Of a stretch of DNA of 64,000 nucleotides, positions 22,709-35,551 are shown one piece after another. Each line of letters starts with the position of its first letter. Position 1 is the stretch's first letter. The notes under the pieces were generated by a model. It ran no database searches and had not been told where the DNA came from. It saw only the letters and a list, made by a program, of their open reading frames with translations. The DNA is from Flectonema sp. DT1601 (lineage: Eukaryota): NCBI GenBank assembly GCA_964019425.1, contig OZ025786.1, forward strand, positions 744,001 to 808,000, given 5' to 3'. Position numbers and translations under genes: made by a program.

Positions 22709-25669
22709 CTAAACCTTTGCCGGAGCAAGCCACGGTCCTCCAATGAGGAGTTGCTGATCGTTAGATTGCTGAGGAGGGAGATTGCTGCCGATTCGATTTC
22801 CGCATTGTCTACATTCCCAACCGACTACTTCAGAACCACACTGCGAACAGTGAGTTGAGAAGTTAAGAGACGTAACGTTAGCTACTTTTATTGTCGGGTC
22901 TTGCGACCATCCAAATCCAGACCAGCCTTCCCATTCTGATACTTGCAATGGATGACTTCCTTTATGAGGACCACGTGATCTAATCCAACCTCTGTTCATG
23001 TCTTCAGTTCCTGGAACATCAGTAATCATCCAATTATGGACATCACTGGTGCTGTATAAAACACATTTTCGAGATTTTTTCCAAACTGGCCATCCGTTTC
23101 TAGTCCCCGAAGCAACATAACAACCAGACAGATTCGGTAATGCTGGACAATAAAACCATAATTGTTCTGTGCTGGTTGCTGTTGGATAACGTGCTGCAAG
23201 ACGCTGCGGAGATGATGGGTCTGAAGTCACGAGAGCTGAAGATTGAACCGCTGCGGGTGCAGTCAAAAAGTTCGACTCGTAACTATGTTGGAGAGGTGAT
23301 TTTAATATAATTGGCGGAGGAGGAAGTGTTGTTTGAAAATTCCTATTCTGATACCTCGGAGAAGGAGACGGTGAAGGTGATCCACTCACAGTCCAAGCTT
23401 CCTTAGCGTTAACATCAATGCCTTTCTCTGATCGACCAACTCTTCTAACTGATTCTCTTACCATTTGACCAAGTTCTCTATTTTGATATTGAGTTGTTAT
23501 TGATTGCTGTCCATCTTCAGCTGTTGCTGCTATTTGATACTTTCCTTTAACACTTTGAAATAACTTATGAAAGTATACTCGTAGCATTAATGTGTCTGAA
23601 GTATCTCTAAAAGTTCCAATTAAGAAATCACGTGCAGCAACAGGTAGTCTAACAGCCCATTTGTGTTGTACTTTAGTGTTTGAAGTAAAGCGAAGAAGAC
23701 GATAGTAATAACTTCGTAAAAGATGATCACCAACTTCTCGTAGCATTCCAGAGACAGCAGCAGATTGCAGTTGTTGAGGAGCTAAGTCATCGTGTTTTAC
23801 AACAGTCATTGTTGTTGGTGATAGATCACTGTGTTCATCAACTTGTGACAACCACTGAAACACTTCACTCGGTAGGTTTGCTTTCACATGAGGATCAGAA
23901 GTAACTATAAAAGTTCCTTCTTGTACACCAATCATTCCTGATGTTGTTATTTTCCAAATACCTTCACCTTCAGTGTACATCACTCCATCATTTATATCAG
24001 AGTGCCAAGTCAACAATGTAGGAGGAATTGATGCAGTGGAAGACAATCGATAAACACCTTCAATTAAAGGATGCTCAGGACAGGTTACGAGATATGATTG
24101 GGGTGCTGCTTTTTTCAGTGACTCCGCAAGTAGTTCCTCAAGTTCTTCATTTCGTTGGTTAACATGATCAAAAGCAACACCCGCTGAACCTGATGTTGAT
24201 ATTCCCTCTACAGTACTGTAAGAAGGTACCCAGGATCCGCTTAGAACGTCTGCAACTTTCCAACCATTCTGTTCTTGAGGAAGTGTATTATGATGTGGTG
24301 TACTTGATCTCATCACTCCTGAACTTGTTCCTCTTGGTTTGTCTGTTACTACCCAGTAACCTTTGAGACTTTTCAAGTAGTTGTTGCCACTTTTCCACAT
24401 TGGTTTTCCTTCACAAACTCCACAAATAGAGTAAACGCCATTCAAATCACCCAGCACGTCGCATGTTACGAGAAGTTGCTCTCCCAGTAGTCGTTTCCCG
24501 CGTGCCATCTGTTCGAACAGCTGCCGACCTGCTGCCCTGTCTGAACGAATTCTGTCGGCTTCTGATTGCGGGGTATCATCCTGCTTTCGGCGTTCATTTA
24601 ATTCACATCGAAGTCGCGTGAGTTCAGAACGTTGTAAGGCGACTAGACGAGCGAGTTCAGACTGCGAGGTTGGGATACTCGAATCAGGTGAAATCACTTG
24701 AAGAGCTGGAGTTAATGGAACTTGAGGATTATTCACAACAGGTGATGGAGAAGTATAAGGAACAACAACTGACGGTGCTACCACCGGAGGAGCAGCAACT
24801 ACTGGAGGTGCTACTACCGGAGGAGGAATAGGAGTCGGCACCGGAACAGCTGCCGCAGGAACTGGAACTGGTGTAGGCGACGCTGCCACTGAAGGAGGAG
24901 CAGGTGAAGGAGTTTCTGGAGGAGGCGGTTGTGGTGTTTCTTCTTGCCTAGGCGGTTCAGCAACAGCTGGTGTTGGTTTCGGTGCTTCCGCGGCTGGCTC
25001 TGGAGGGGGGCTCGCCTCAGCCCTACTAGCTTGTTTCTTGACAACACATATCAAAGCCATATTCTTAAATCCTAAATCACCAGGAGATGAATTCACATCA
25101 ATCGGATCACCAGGTTCGAAGTCCGGCAGCTTGACGGCATTTCGATGAAGTTCAACATCACTAAAAGAAGTAACACCAAGAGCAGAAGCAATCTCTGAAC
25201 CAGACTTAATGATGGGTTGGTGACGATCAACAGAAAGCATAACTGAAGGAGCAGCGCGGCCTTCTTGACAAGGCCACGACTCTCCAACAAATCCAAACTT
25301 GGTAACTTCTTCAGGTTCTGAAGGCGGCGGTGGTGGTGGTGGTGGTGAAGCAGCAGGCTCAGGTGCTGCCGCTGGTTTCTCTTCAGCAGTCTTCGTAACA
25401 ACTATAATCCCTTGTTTTCCAAAACCAACATCAGTAGGAGAAGACGACATCTCAATATCATCAGCTGCTTCGTAATCAGGCAGCCTGGCAGCGTTCCTAC
25501 TGAGTGTTATTCCTTTTAGACTATCAAGTCCTAGTGCTTCACTAATTTCCTTAGCTGACTTCTCAAACGACTCATCTTTTGGAATAGTTAGTACTGTCCC
25601 AGGAATAGCCTTACCCTCACGACATGGCCAATCCTTCCCAACGAAACCTATTCGAATCGTCTCACCCAT
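22709..25669 (-). CDS. Large modular protein: two ubiquitin-like repeats, Pro-rich linker, coiled coil, three Trp/Gly-rich repeats, C-terminal zinc ribbon
   Basis: First ATG at 25669 (MGETIRIG). Duplicated GFVGxxWPCxEG...SSPxDxGF domain; repeats of VTC...GVY...W...W...S..PH...P.....W; CSQC-x7-CRQC at the end. Confidence 0.85.
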   Translation of the reverse strand: MGETIRIGFVGKDWPCREGKAIPGTVLTIPKDESFEKSAKEISEALGLDSLKGITLSRNAARLPDYEAADDIEMSSSPTDVGFGKQGIIVVTKTAEEKPAAAPEPAASPPPPPPPPSEPEEVTKFGFVGESWPCQEGRAAPSVMLSVDRHQPIIKSGSEIASALGVTSFSDVELHRNAVKLPDFEPGDPIDVNSSPGDLGFKNMALICVVKKQASRAEASPPPEPAAEAPKPTPAVAEPPRQEETPQPPPPETPSPAPPSVAASPTPVPVPAAAVPVPTPIPPPVVAPPVVAAPPVVAPSVVVPYTSPSPVVNNPQVPLTPALQVISPDSSIPTSQSELARLVALQRSELTRLRCELNERRKQDDTPQSEADRIRSDRAAGRQLFEQMARGKRLLGEQLLVTCDVLGDLNGVYSICGVCEGKPMWKSGNNYLKSLKGYWVVTDKPRGTSSGVMRSSTPHHNTLPQEQNGWKVADVLSGSWVPSYSTVEGISTSGSAGVAFDHVNQRNEELEELLAESLKKAAPQSYLVTCPEHPLIEGVYRLSSTASIPPTLLTWHSDINDGVMYTEGEGIWKITTSGMIGVQEGTFIVTSDPHVKANLPSEVFQWLSQVDEHSDLSPTTMTVVKHDDLAPQQLQSAAVSGMLREVGDHLLRSYYYRLLRFTSNTKVQHKWAVRLPVAARDFLIGTFRDTSDTLMLRVYFHKLFQSVKGKYQIAATAEDGQQSITTQYQNRELGQMVRESVRRVGRSEKGIDVNAKEAWTVSGSPSPSPSPRYQNRNFQTTLPPPPIILKSPLQHSYESNFLTAPAAVQSSALVTSDPSSPQRLAARYPTATSTEQLWFYCPALPNLSGCYVASGTRNGWPVWKKSRKCVLYSTSDVHNWMITDVPGTEDMNRGWIRSRGPHKGSHPLQVSEWEGWSGFGWSQDPTIKVANVTSLNFSTHCSQCGSEVVGWECRQCGNRIGSNLPPQQSNDQQLLIGGPWLAPAKV

Positions 25670-26429
25670 TTTAGTGATTCTTTTATAAGCATACTGACTT
25701 AAACAGAAAAGATTGTACAAGTCTTTGACAAATATTAATATTACAGAATGAGTAAGAATTGCGTATTTGATGAGACACCTGACTTGAAGATAAGAATTTA
25801 GAATCTAAATATTTCTGTTTAAAGCAATAACAAAACGGGAAAAAAAAAAAAAAAAAGGAATGAAAAAAAAAAAGAACAAAAAAAAAAAAAAAAATGGGAA
25901 TAATATTTTTAGTTATTTTGCATAGGGAAATTAAAAGAGGTATAGAAAGAATGGAAAAAAAGGGAAACGAAGGGGGAAAAAAAAAACAGAGTAACAGAAT
26001 AACGGCAAGTCACTCACTAAGAATACAGATCCACACCAGTCAACGTATACCCAAAGAACTACTCTGAACCTAGTAGTAGTAAATCAAGCTTTTTTTTTTT
26101 TTTTTTTTCCCCCTTGTTCCCAAAAAGAAAAACAAAGAATTTCGGAACTGAGCCCAAAACACAAGGGAGAAGAAAGAGAAAGAGAAAGAGAAACAAAAAA
26201 AAAATGAAAGATATAGAGAATAAAAACAGTGGTAGCGATACACTAAAAGCAAACAGTGTACTTTCAACGCACCTCAGGTAAAGCAAAATAGATACAAGTA
26301 AAAATATGAATGTAAAAAATAAAAAATAAAAACATATCAGACAACGTGTCTGAAGGTTATTAATGTAATTAATAAAGCAACAACGATGTGCATGCTATTG
26401 TGTTTGAAATGTAAAAAAAAACAAAAAGA

Positions 26430-26560
26430 AAAACCATTCAGATAGCCTTATATTTCGTTGAACGCAGACAGCACAGGGGAAAATAAATCATGACCACAAG
26501 AAATAATGGCTTTCAATCTGAATAGTTTCTTCTCCGACTACGTCGGTACAAAAAAAAAAC
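26430..26560. repeat. Dispersed hairpin/A-run repeat copy
   Basis: aaaccattcagatagccttatatttcgttgaacgcagac...ctttcaatctgaatagtttcttctccgactacgtcggtac(A)n, near-identical in parts to 42330-42465. Confidence 0.8.
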
Positions 26561-29500
26561 AAAAAAACAAAAAAAAAAGTGCTCATTAGTTTTTAAAGCA
26601 AACTCGGCGTGTACAATCAGCCAGCAAATTGAATCGGAAATAATGCTGCAGCTCAGTGTCAAGAAAAACCTAACCCAGGAGTCCTGAGTCACTGTGAACC
26701 AGTGACCCGTGTTAAACAAACGGGTAAAAAAAAATTTTAAAAACACGATATGCGCAAAGAAAAGCATTGCTAAATTGAGTAGGCCCCGTGAACTTCGTAT
26801 CTCTGCCTTTTATCTTAAGTCGGTAAGAGAATCTGTGAGCGGCTATGGTAAATTAATATTTTGAAAAAGTCTTTAAAGACAAAAAAAAGAGAAAAAAAAC
26901 AAGATTCTGTTCAGCCTACGCAGGGCCGTATGGACATACAACAATATACTTCCCTCGGATAAAGAACTTCACTTGTCACTACTTCGCGTCGCAACAATAG
27001 CAGTTCCAACAGTCAACAACACTTTCGTTTTTTTTTATTTTTTTTTTATATTTTTAATTAAACCGTCCCGTCTTGCATGTGAGAAGAGATTACAACTCAC
27101 AAACGAGGTATTTTCACAGTCAAAATTAAAAAAAAAAAATTCTCAAAAAAAAAAAAAAAAAGATAGTAATATTGGAGAAACAACTAACTATGCTGCGGCT
27201 CTTCGCAGAAAGACACAAAGAATGTCCACATATCGTGTGGGATGATGAGCTAAACAAGACCTGTCTGCTTCACGTGCCAATAACAAAATAACGTATCCCC
27301 CATAGCAGTGAGCTACGTTGGGTTGCCATTTCAATCCGACCAACCAGTCAGCGTGTGTTTATTATTGTTATTATTTTTGTCTATTAGACAAAAAAAAAAT
27401 AACAACAGCAGGTTGGTAGATTCTTCCAGTTTTATTTATTTATTTATTATTTTTTTTAAAATTCTGAAAATCTGCAAGACACTAACAAAAAATTCAACCT
27501 TCCCTATCAATAAAAAGAGAATGGTAGCGCTGTCTCCTTTTTTACAACGATTGATGAGCTGCTACCGACTGATATTAATAAATACCTACAGTACAGATTC
27601 CGTAGACACAATTAATAATAACAATAATAATGAGGCAAGAAGTATATAATTAACAGAAGAGAACAAGGAGAACCAAATAGCGCGCTTCAGTGAGACACGT
27701 ATTTGGGTAAAAGCCAAAGGACATGATATTATACAAGGATCAGGGAACAATTTGGATATTGTCGCCGTCGAATGGTTAAAAAAAAAAATGACCTGCGTAC
27801 ACTTCAGGAGATATCACGTTCTGTTTTATAATTTTTTTTTTCCTTTAGTTATCACATCAGTATAAGAAAACAACAACAATATAATAAAAAATAAAAAATT
27901 AATAATAATAACAATAATAATCGGAAGGGGAAGATAAAAAGTACTCTATCGTAGAGATCAAGGCCAAGGAGAAATTTTTTTTTTTTTTTTTTTTTTTTTC
28001 GAGTGTGTCCACAACACAAATTCAATGTTTACTAACTGCACAGCCTCTATGAGGTTAGAGACCGAGAAGTGTGACTACAGCATAAACAAACGCGCTAGGA
28101 ATAACATATCACATTTTCGTTTATAGAAACACAGGACGACAAACCCCCACTGTGGAGGCAGACATGCAGTATTGTTGTAAACATTGGCATCTTGCTTAAC
28201 ATCACTCTGCTTGAGAGGATTTTTCTTTTCTTTCTTTTTTTTTTTTTTTCTACAACTTTCTTGTAGAGTGGAAGGAAATAATTCTTCTTCCCCATTTTTC
28301 CCCCTTCATGTATTTTTTTATTTTATTTTTCCGTTTTTGGTCTTCATAACCAAAAAGGAGCTGTCAAAGGGGTGCTTGTTTGCGCCTACCAATCAAGAAA
28401 GGATTCAAATGTTTATTTATGGACTGTCCTAATAGAGATCAAGAGAGTATTTGTGAGAGGTTAGAGACTTCCGTCAGCCCCGCAATGGAGGATTTGAACA
28501 CTGTATAACAAAAAGGGAAAAAAACAATATCACATTAATAAAAGATAGCAATCCCAACCTGCTATCACAAAACGGAAACCCAAAAGGGCTACATCCGCAT
28601 TGCTATGACCAAAGCAAGGTTGGAAGGGTTGCTTTTTTTTTTTTTTTTTTTTTTTTTTGGTGTGAAACTTGTCTGAGGTCAAGGAGTTCCCTTCAATTCT
28701 CTGGTTTAATAATTCTTTTTTTCTTTTTCCCCTTAACATCATCAGTCAGTGAACGAACTCACAGTCACACGATTCACTGAGCTACTACAAAATCAGGAAT
28801 CTTCCGTATGTCGCAAGTTTTTTTTTCAATATATCAAAAACAAAGTAAATCAGCCCTTACATAAGCAGATTCCAAAGATATTTCCACAAAAATCTATTGT
28901 TTAATGGAAGGTGCTGAATTCCTTTTTTAAAAAACCTTGTTTCTTAGTAGGAGAAAGAACACGAAACAAATGAAGGCACCTATCTCTTTGTGAGAACGAA
29001 TGCTCGTTCAAAAGTTGGGTTTTTCTCTCCCTTTTCAACTAGGCGAATGATATCGACACCAGAAGGGGGAAAAAAAAAAAAAAAAAAAAAAACTATTATT
29101 ATTCTTCACATTCCATACAGGGATCAAGAGGTCGTCTTCCCCATTCGAAACTTAAGTCATGCAACACTTAAAACAGAATACGGGGCGTTGCTTTCTTACA
29201 GAATTGGTTTTAAGAAGCAACAAGTATCTGTCGCTTAAGGGAGGTGATAGTTTGACAATGTAGAAAACAAATAATAAAACTTTTAAAATACTCAAAATAA
29301 AAGAGATAAGAAGAGTTAGGAGGAAAAACATTTCTGATACAATAAAAAAAAAAAAAAAAAAAAAAATGGAGCAGATTGCAGGGTGACCTGAGAAAGGTAC
29401 TACCTAACCAGACAAGGAAATTGCCTGCCAACCAACACAACTGTAATTTGAAAAAAAAAAAAATCAAAAGCATAGAAAAGAGGCTAGCGAACATGAATTT

Positions 29501-30549
29501 CTTTTTTTGACAAAAAAAAAAAAACGAAAAAATGAAATCCAAACTTATAATATAATATAACAAAAAAAAACTTAAATAGTTGCAGCACAGAGACAGGTTA
29601 ACGCCCCACAACTTTAAAAAAAAAAAAAAGTCACATAATCTCACGGTTTTGTAATCTTTGGCGTTTTCGCATCCTTGCGAAATTGTAAAAAGAAAATAAA
29701 AAGATAAAGAAAAATTAACAGTATGACGTAATCAAGGGTTATAGCACAATAATATTAGAAAGTGGAGAGGGGAAAATTTCTTCATAAAAAAAAAAAATAA
29801 AAAAAAGCGTGTATAGAAAAAAAAGAGGGTAAAAAAAAAAAAAAAAGGTGAACCTTTTTTTTTTCCCCCCCCCTTCTTTTTTTTTTTTTTTTTTTCTCTA
29901 GATAAGGAATAATAAAACAATAATTGAAAAAAAAAAAAAAGCGATCGCGTTTTCTGGTAATGCCCCAATCAGAAACAGTTGGACAACAGAGGGTACGGAT
30001 AGCCAGTTAACGTACTGTTACCGTATTAGTGCTTTTGTTCATTTTTTTGGTTCTTTTTTTACACAAACAACGACTTAGAAATTCTTGGCAGCGTCCTAGA
30101 ACGAAAAAAGAAAAAAACAAAGCCCCCCTCTTTTTTTTTTTTTTTTTTTCTTTTTTTTTTCCTTTTTTTTTTTATTGACATTCAGATTAGCCGTAAATAT
30201 TTGTCAATCGCAGACAGTAATACTGACGCACGGGGTAAAATACACAACAATGATATAATAGATAACGGATCTTTACTCTGGTTTTGTCAGTGCAAAAACA
30301 AAAACAAAAACAAAAAAAAAAGGCAGAAACCTGGCGCGCCCAAGAAAATAAGTCCTTCTCTATGTTCCCTTTTTTGTAAACGTATATTAATTAACATAAA
30401 AGAACGATTCGGGTTCAAAGAAGCTCGCCTCCATACACGATGAAAGACTGGGCCCCCATAAGACACACAAATCCCTCTCCCTCTTTTTTTTTTAAAAAAA
30501 GATTGACAATTTTTTTAAACCGCATAAAATAAACTAACAGTAACACGAA

Positions 30550-30583
<34 letters not shown>

Positions 30584-30858
30584 AAAGGCAGCACTACACC
30601 ACCACGCAATATGAATGTGTGTGTGTGTTGTGTAACTGTGGTAGGTGAAGTCCTCTGGATAGCATGAGCTGCTGTAACCTAGGCGTTTTAACTTGCGCTA
30701 AATCTAGAATTTTAGTATGAGTTACGAATTATGTGTAATTGTCAAAGCGCATTCCAAACTTCAACAAAAGGCAAGTATTACTCTCCCTTTTCAAGGGATA
30801 ATGGTTACATATGTTTTTTAAACAGCAAAAGTACCGCAAAATAAAAAAACAAAAAACC

Positions 30859-31401
30859 TTAGTATGAGCCGTATAGTATTTTATGTTTCGAAACCTTATC
30901 ACTAGTGTTAAGAGTTACAGAATCGGTAGTTAATAAGTATGTTACATAGGCGCGAGATGCTAAGTCTTGTACTTGGGTAGTTGGTTTAATAATGTAAGGC
31001 TCAAACACATCTTTCTTAATAAGAACAGTGTTATCAGGAATAACAAGAATCATACTAATTCCTGGTGTTGTCCAAATTGGAAGAGCAGGGTTAAGAGATA
31101 AGATTTTACCATTTCCATCTACGGACAGAAGTTCATGTCCCAGACTGTGTGATATTTTCTCTTTAATGTCATTTACTGATTCATAATTTGAAATTTTAAC
31201 TTCGAATGATTCTTCTTTCAACATTACACTCTTTCCTCTCCTGCCAGGGATTGCGTTCCATTTCATTACTTCAATTCTAACTTCTTTCATTTCCGGTGAC
31301 ATACCGTGAAAGTCACTACACACACCCCTTACGTTACCAAACGCCGAAGGTTCGACAAAAGCCATAATGCTACTCCATAGTTCCTTTGGTACAGCGTTCA
31401 T
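30859..31401 (-). CDS. F-box protein with a ubiquitin-like C-terminal region (180 aa)
   Basis: MNAVPKELWSSIMAFVEPSAFGNVRGVCSDFH fits the F-box pattern; FEVKISNYESVNDIKEKISHSLG resembles a Ubl. An acceptor-like ccacttcag lies 6 nt before the ATG. Confidence 0.75.
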   Translation of the reverse strand: MNAVPKELWSSIMAFVEPSAFGNVRGVCSDFHGMSPEMKEVRIEVMKWNAIPGRRGKSVMLKEESFEVKISNYESVNDIKEKISHSLGHELLSVDGNGKILSLNPALPIWTTPGISMILVIPDNTVLIKKDVFEPYIIKPTTQVQDLASRAYVTYLLTTDSVTLNTSDKVSKHKILYGSY

Positions 31402-32586
31402 TTGTGGCTGAAGTGGTTTTTTTTTTCTTCTTTTTTTTAAAAAAGCTGTGAGGGAGAGAATTAAAATAATTTCAATATAAGACGCAGTGAATTTTGATGA
31501 AGTATATATTGTGCATTCAATTTTCTCTGATGACATGTTGGAGAGGAAGTAATTTGATTGCTGCAAGGGGGGAAAAAAAGAATTATGAATAAAAAGAACT
31601 TTTCACAAATCTTCTCAACGAAAAACCAGATAACGACCGAAAAAGAAATAATCCAGGGGAAGGATCAAGAAAGAAAAGAAACATTTAGGGATGACTTTTC
31701 CTCCCCCCTTTATTTTTTTAGTTTTTTGTAGTTGTTTTTTTATTATTATTATTGTTTTTTTTTTTTTTTCCCTTTCCTCCTCCTTCGGAGACAGCAAAGA
31801 AAAAGAAAAACACACAAAGAGAACTATCGACGGTGTGCACGAATAGTCCTCTTTTCTTTTTTTTCCTCATTTTTTTATTTTTTTTTTCTTTCCTTTGTAG
31901 ATGTTCAGCGGCGAATAGTAGGTCGACTGTATTCTGAATTCAGGATACAAGAAATAAATCTTTGTTAACTTGTTTACTTATAACAGATTTATCATGGAAA
32001 GAAAGCTGTGGGTTGGATTTTTTTTTTTTTGTGTATCGAAGTCAGGAAAGCTTTACTTCTGAAAACACTCGAGACTGACCAGAAATACGGACTACTCCAG
32101 AACGATCAGATTATTGTTACCGAATTTCTCTACATTTTATTTATTAAATATTTCATTGAAAGGGTCTTTCAAAGAGTCTCAGTTAGCTTATTATTATTAT
32201 TATTATTTTTTTTTTTTTTGTACCAACAAAAAACATTGTTAAGTAGAACGAGAATCGTAGGTGGCAGTAATTTAAATTTATTCCTTTATTAGGATTCTTG
32301 TACAGGTTGCGTACAAACAAAAATAAAAGTGTTGAGTAAAAAAAAAAAAGTAAAAAAGTGAATTTGGCCGATTATTTTATTTTATTTTTTTGAACTCAGT
32401 AATTATCAGAATTACAAAAAAAAAAAAACAAAAAAAAGAAAGAAAAAAAAAATATCGACTCCTCACTAAATAATTCTCACACTTTGTTTTTGCTTGTGCG
32501 TAACCGGAAACAAGCCTATAAAGTAAAGGTGTTAACATTACGCTGCCACAATTCTCTTTCGCTCGTAAAACATGTCTTCGAGATGG

Positions 32587-32621
<35 letters not shown>

Positions 32622-35517
32622 AGTCTCACTGGGTTTATACCGTAGTAGTGCTTTTCTCACACATAGTTTGTGTCGGTATATTTTCCTCCCTCAGTTTTTT
32701 TTTTTTTTTTTTTTTTGTCGAAGGAACATAGGGTGAAATGGGGAGAGAACGAAACAAAAAGAAAACACTGGAGTATGCCGATAAAAAAATTACTTGCCAT
32801 CGCTTGATTAAAAGAAAGATATATAAAAAAAAAAACCGATAAGTCTACAGGGTTTTTTCTATCATCTTTACTCTCACAAGACACTAGAGCAAAGCGTGAC
32901 TATTTTTTTTAAATAACAGTGAGCCAGTTTATGCAGCGACTGTGTTTTTTAAGGGGGTTAACCTTAAATACTGTAATTAAATGTAAAGCAAAATTGAAAC
33001 TGGCTAAAAATAAGGTTCGGCCAAACCTAAAATCCCATATGGCTTGTCTTTCTAAGTTGTCCTTAGGAATACTCTCATAAATGATATAAATTTATTGCAT
33101 CGTATCAAAAGTTATCCAATATAACAATTAGTAATTAATGATACAAGCTGACTTGAGGATTTTTTTTTTTTTGTTTTTTTTCTTTTTTAAGGATTGGGGT
33201 ATTGAGTTTTTTTTTTTCTTCTTTTTTTTTGAAAAAGGATAATCAGTTTAATTAATATTTTTTTTTTTCATTTTCGATATTGTAGCTTTCTCTGGTTGCC
33301 GAAAGTTTACCTGTGAACGGGACAACAGGAATCCCTGTTGGGAAAGATTAACAGGCAGCCAACAAAAAAAAAAAAAAAAAAAAAAATACACGTCAGCAAA
33401 ATACTGGGTCAGTACTACACAGCCGTGAAGTCTCACTTTCGAAAAAAACGACTACTACATGTCCAACGAACCGAATAATTTCTTTTTTTTCTTTTTTTTT
33501 GGCGATTTTTTTAGCTATGGAGCAATTACAAGGTAATAAGTTTAAGTTATCGCTGGGTTGGAGGGGTGGCAGCAGTTTTTTTTTATTTTTAAAAGTATAA
33601 GAAGGAAGTCACATAACGATGTTGCATTTTTTTTTTTTTTTTTTTTTTGTTATTTTTTCTCTTTTTCTGTTAAAGCCAGCGCAATCTCCCTTAGATACTA
33701 ATAGACTTTTTCCAGTGGGAAAATAAGAAAAAAAGAAGAAAAAAAAAAACAAAGAAACGATCGAACGTCATCGGTCAACGCTACGAGATATGAGTTGATC
33801 GACTGCACAATAAAACAATTGCAGTACAACAATATACCACAATAGTGTCTCAATTGAGTATCATCTCATCATGAACAAGAAAATATTGGCAGCTTTCAAA
33901 AAGGTTTTTTATGAAAAAGGTCAATTATAGTTGAAGACAGAAAGAAATGAATAAAACAATGGGCAGATTGCAGGTAATGAAAATAAGCAGTTTCAGGAAG
34001 GGGGGTAATTCTCATTTTTTTTTTTTTTTTTTTGTTTCATTTCATAAGTTTAGATAAAGTATTAAACGCCAAAAAAAAAAAAAAAAACACGTCGCAAACC
34101 TGTCTGATTTGGGTAAAAGATTTTTTTTTTTTTTTTTTTAGAAATGCATGCATACTCTTGACAAATACAAATAGAAGGGTAGAAATACTAATTTCACGAC
34201 AGGTGAGATAACAACTGCCTTAGTCGGTTGTGAGACTCCTCAATAACACATGCGGATGCACTACAGCCATATAAGAATAGTTATAATGCATAAGAAAAGG
34301 GCTGAGTTTTTAATGTCAGGTGACAAAAATAGGTAAGGAAAAAAACTGTGATATGTAGAAACATCTGTAACCGATTTCACCTTTGAAAGATAAGCTTTGC
34401 TTATTATCAACGGCTGGGATGGGTCCTGTTTTGTTCAACAGGAAGATTGGGCAAATGCAAACATATCTAAGCACTCGAAGTACAGCTAAGCGGGGAAGGT
34501 AACACCATTATTCATCACAAAATAATATTGGGCATGAGCTGTCAACAAGTACAACAGGGACAGATAGTAGATTAAATACTTCACGGCCGATGATGGTCGG
34601 AGGAAAAAAAGAAAAACTAAACAAATAAAATAAACAACCACAAGTGAGTACACTGGTCTATTCACATGTAACAACCAAGCTGACAACTGCAAGCAGGCAG
34701 AGAAGCAAACAGCATCAACTTTTAAATCTTCATAATGACAATAAATAAAATTTAAAATTCCTTTTTTTTTTATTGTATTGCCTGGGATACTGTACCTGGG
34801 TTGACCGAGTCGGGAAAAAAAAAACTGATGTGAATTTTTTTTTTTTTTTTTTTTTTTCCACGTAGGAGAGGTTTCCAATTAGAAAGAAGAATAAAAAAAA
34901 AAAAAAACGTGAGGAAAAAAAAGAAAATTTGAATGTACAAATATGTACGAGCAACGGTTAAAAACGAAGAAGGGCAAACACCGTGAGAAAAAGGGGAATA
35001 ACGTAAAATGCATTCAGGTGACAGGTTACTTCCATCTAAGTATGTTTCTTAGGCATTGGTGTAACAACAAAAAAGGGGGACCAACTTTGCTACAAGAGTC
35101 AAACTATAGTGTCGTCGATTAGCGAGATATAAAAAAAAAAAAAGGAAAAATACAATAAAAAGACTAATAAAACCTGCGAACCTCACAGAGATCAACTGTC
35201 CGTAATTCTTGTACTTAAGGATAAACATAAAGTACATTACGTACTCTGTCATTTTTATTCCTTCTGCATAAACAAATGAAATAGATTCACGCAACCGCTA
35301 ACCACTTAGGAAACCACTTGTCTCCCCTTAAATACGTCTAGTCTCGCATGTCGAAGTGTACCATTCGGAACACAACGGTGAGAAACCGACCTGAAAAACT
35401 CATTCTCCACAAAACAATAAACATAAAATAAAAAAAACAAGAAAAAACGAAGTACATAACAGAAACCGGCAGCATGCAAAATTTAAAATAACTACCAGCA
35501 TGTGTTCTTCCCGGCAT

Positions 35518-35551
<34 letters not shown>

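Noticed and set aside
31402..31566. N-terminal extensions in the ORF track (also at 3271, 19906, 25720, 39805, 46398, 48985)
   Set aside because: They rely on TTG/GTG starts, some crossing acceptor-like sequence; the first ATG was used instead.
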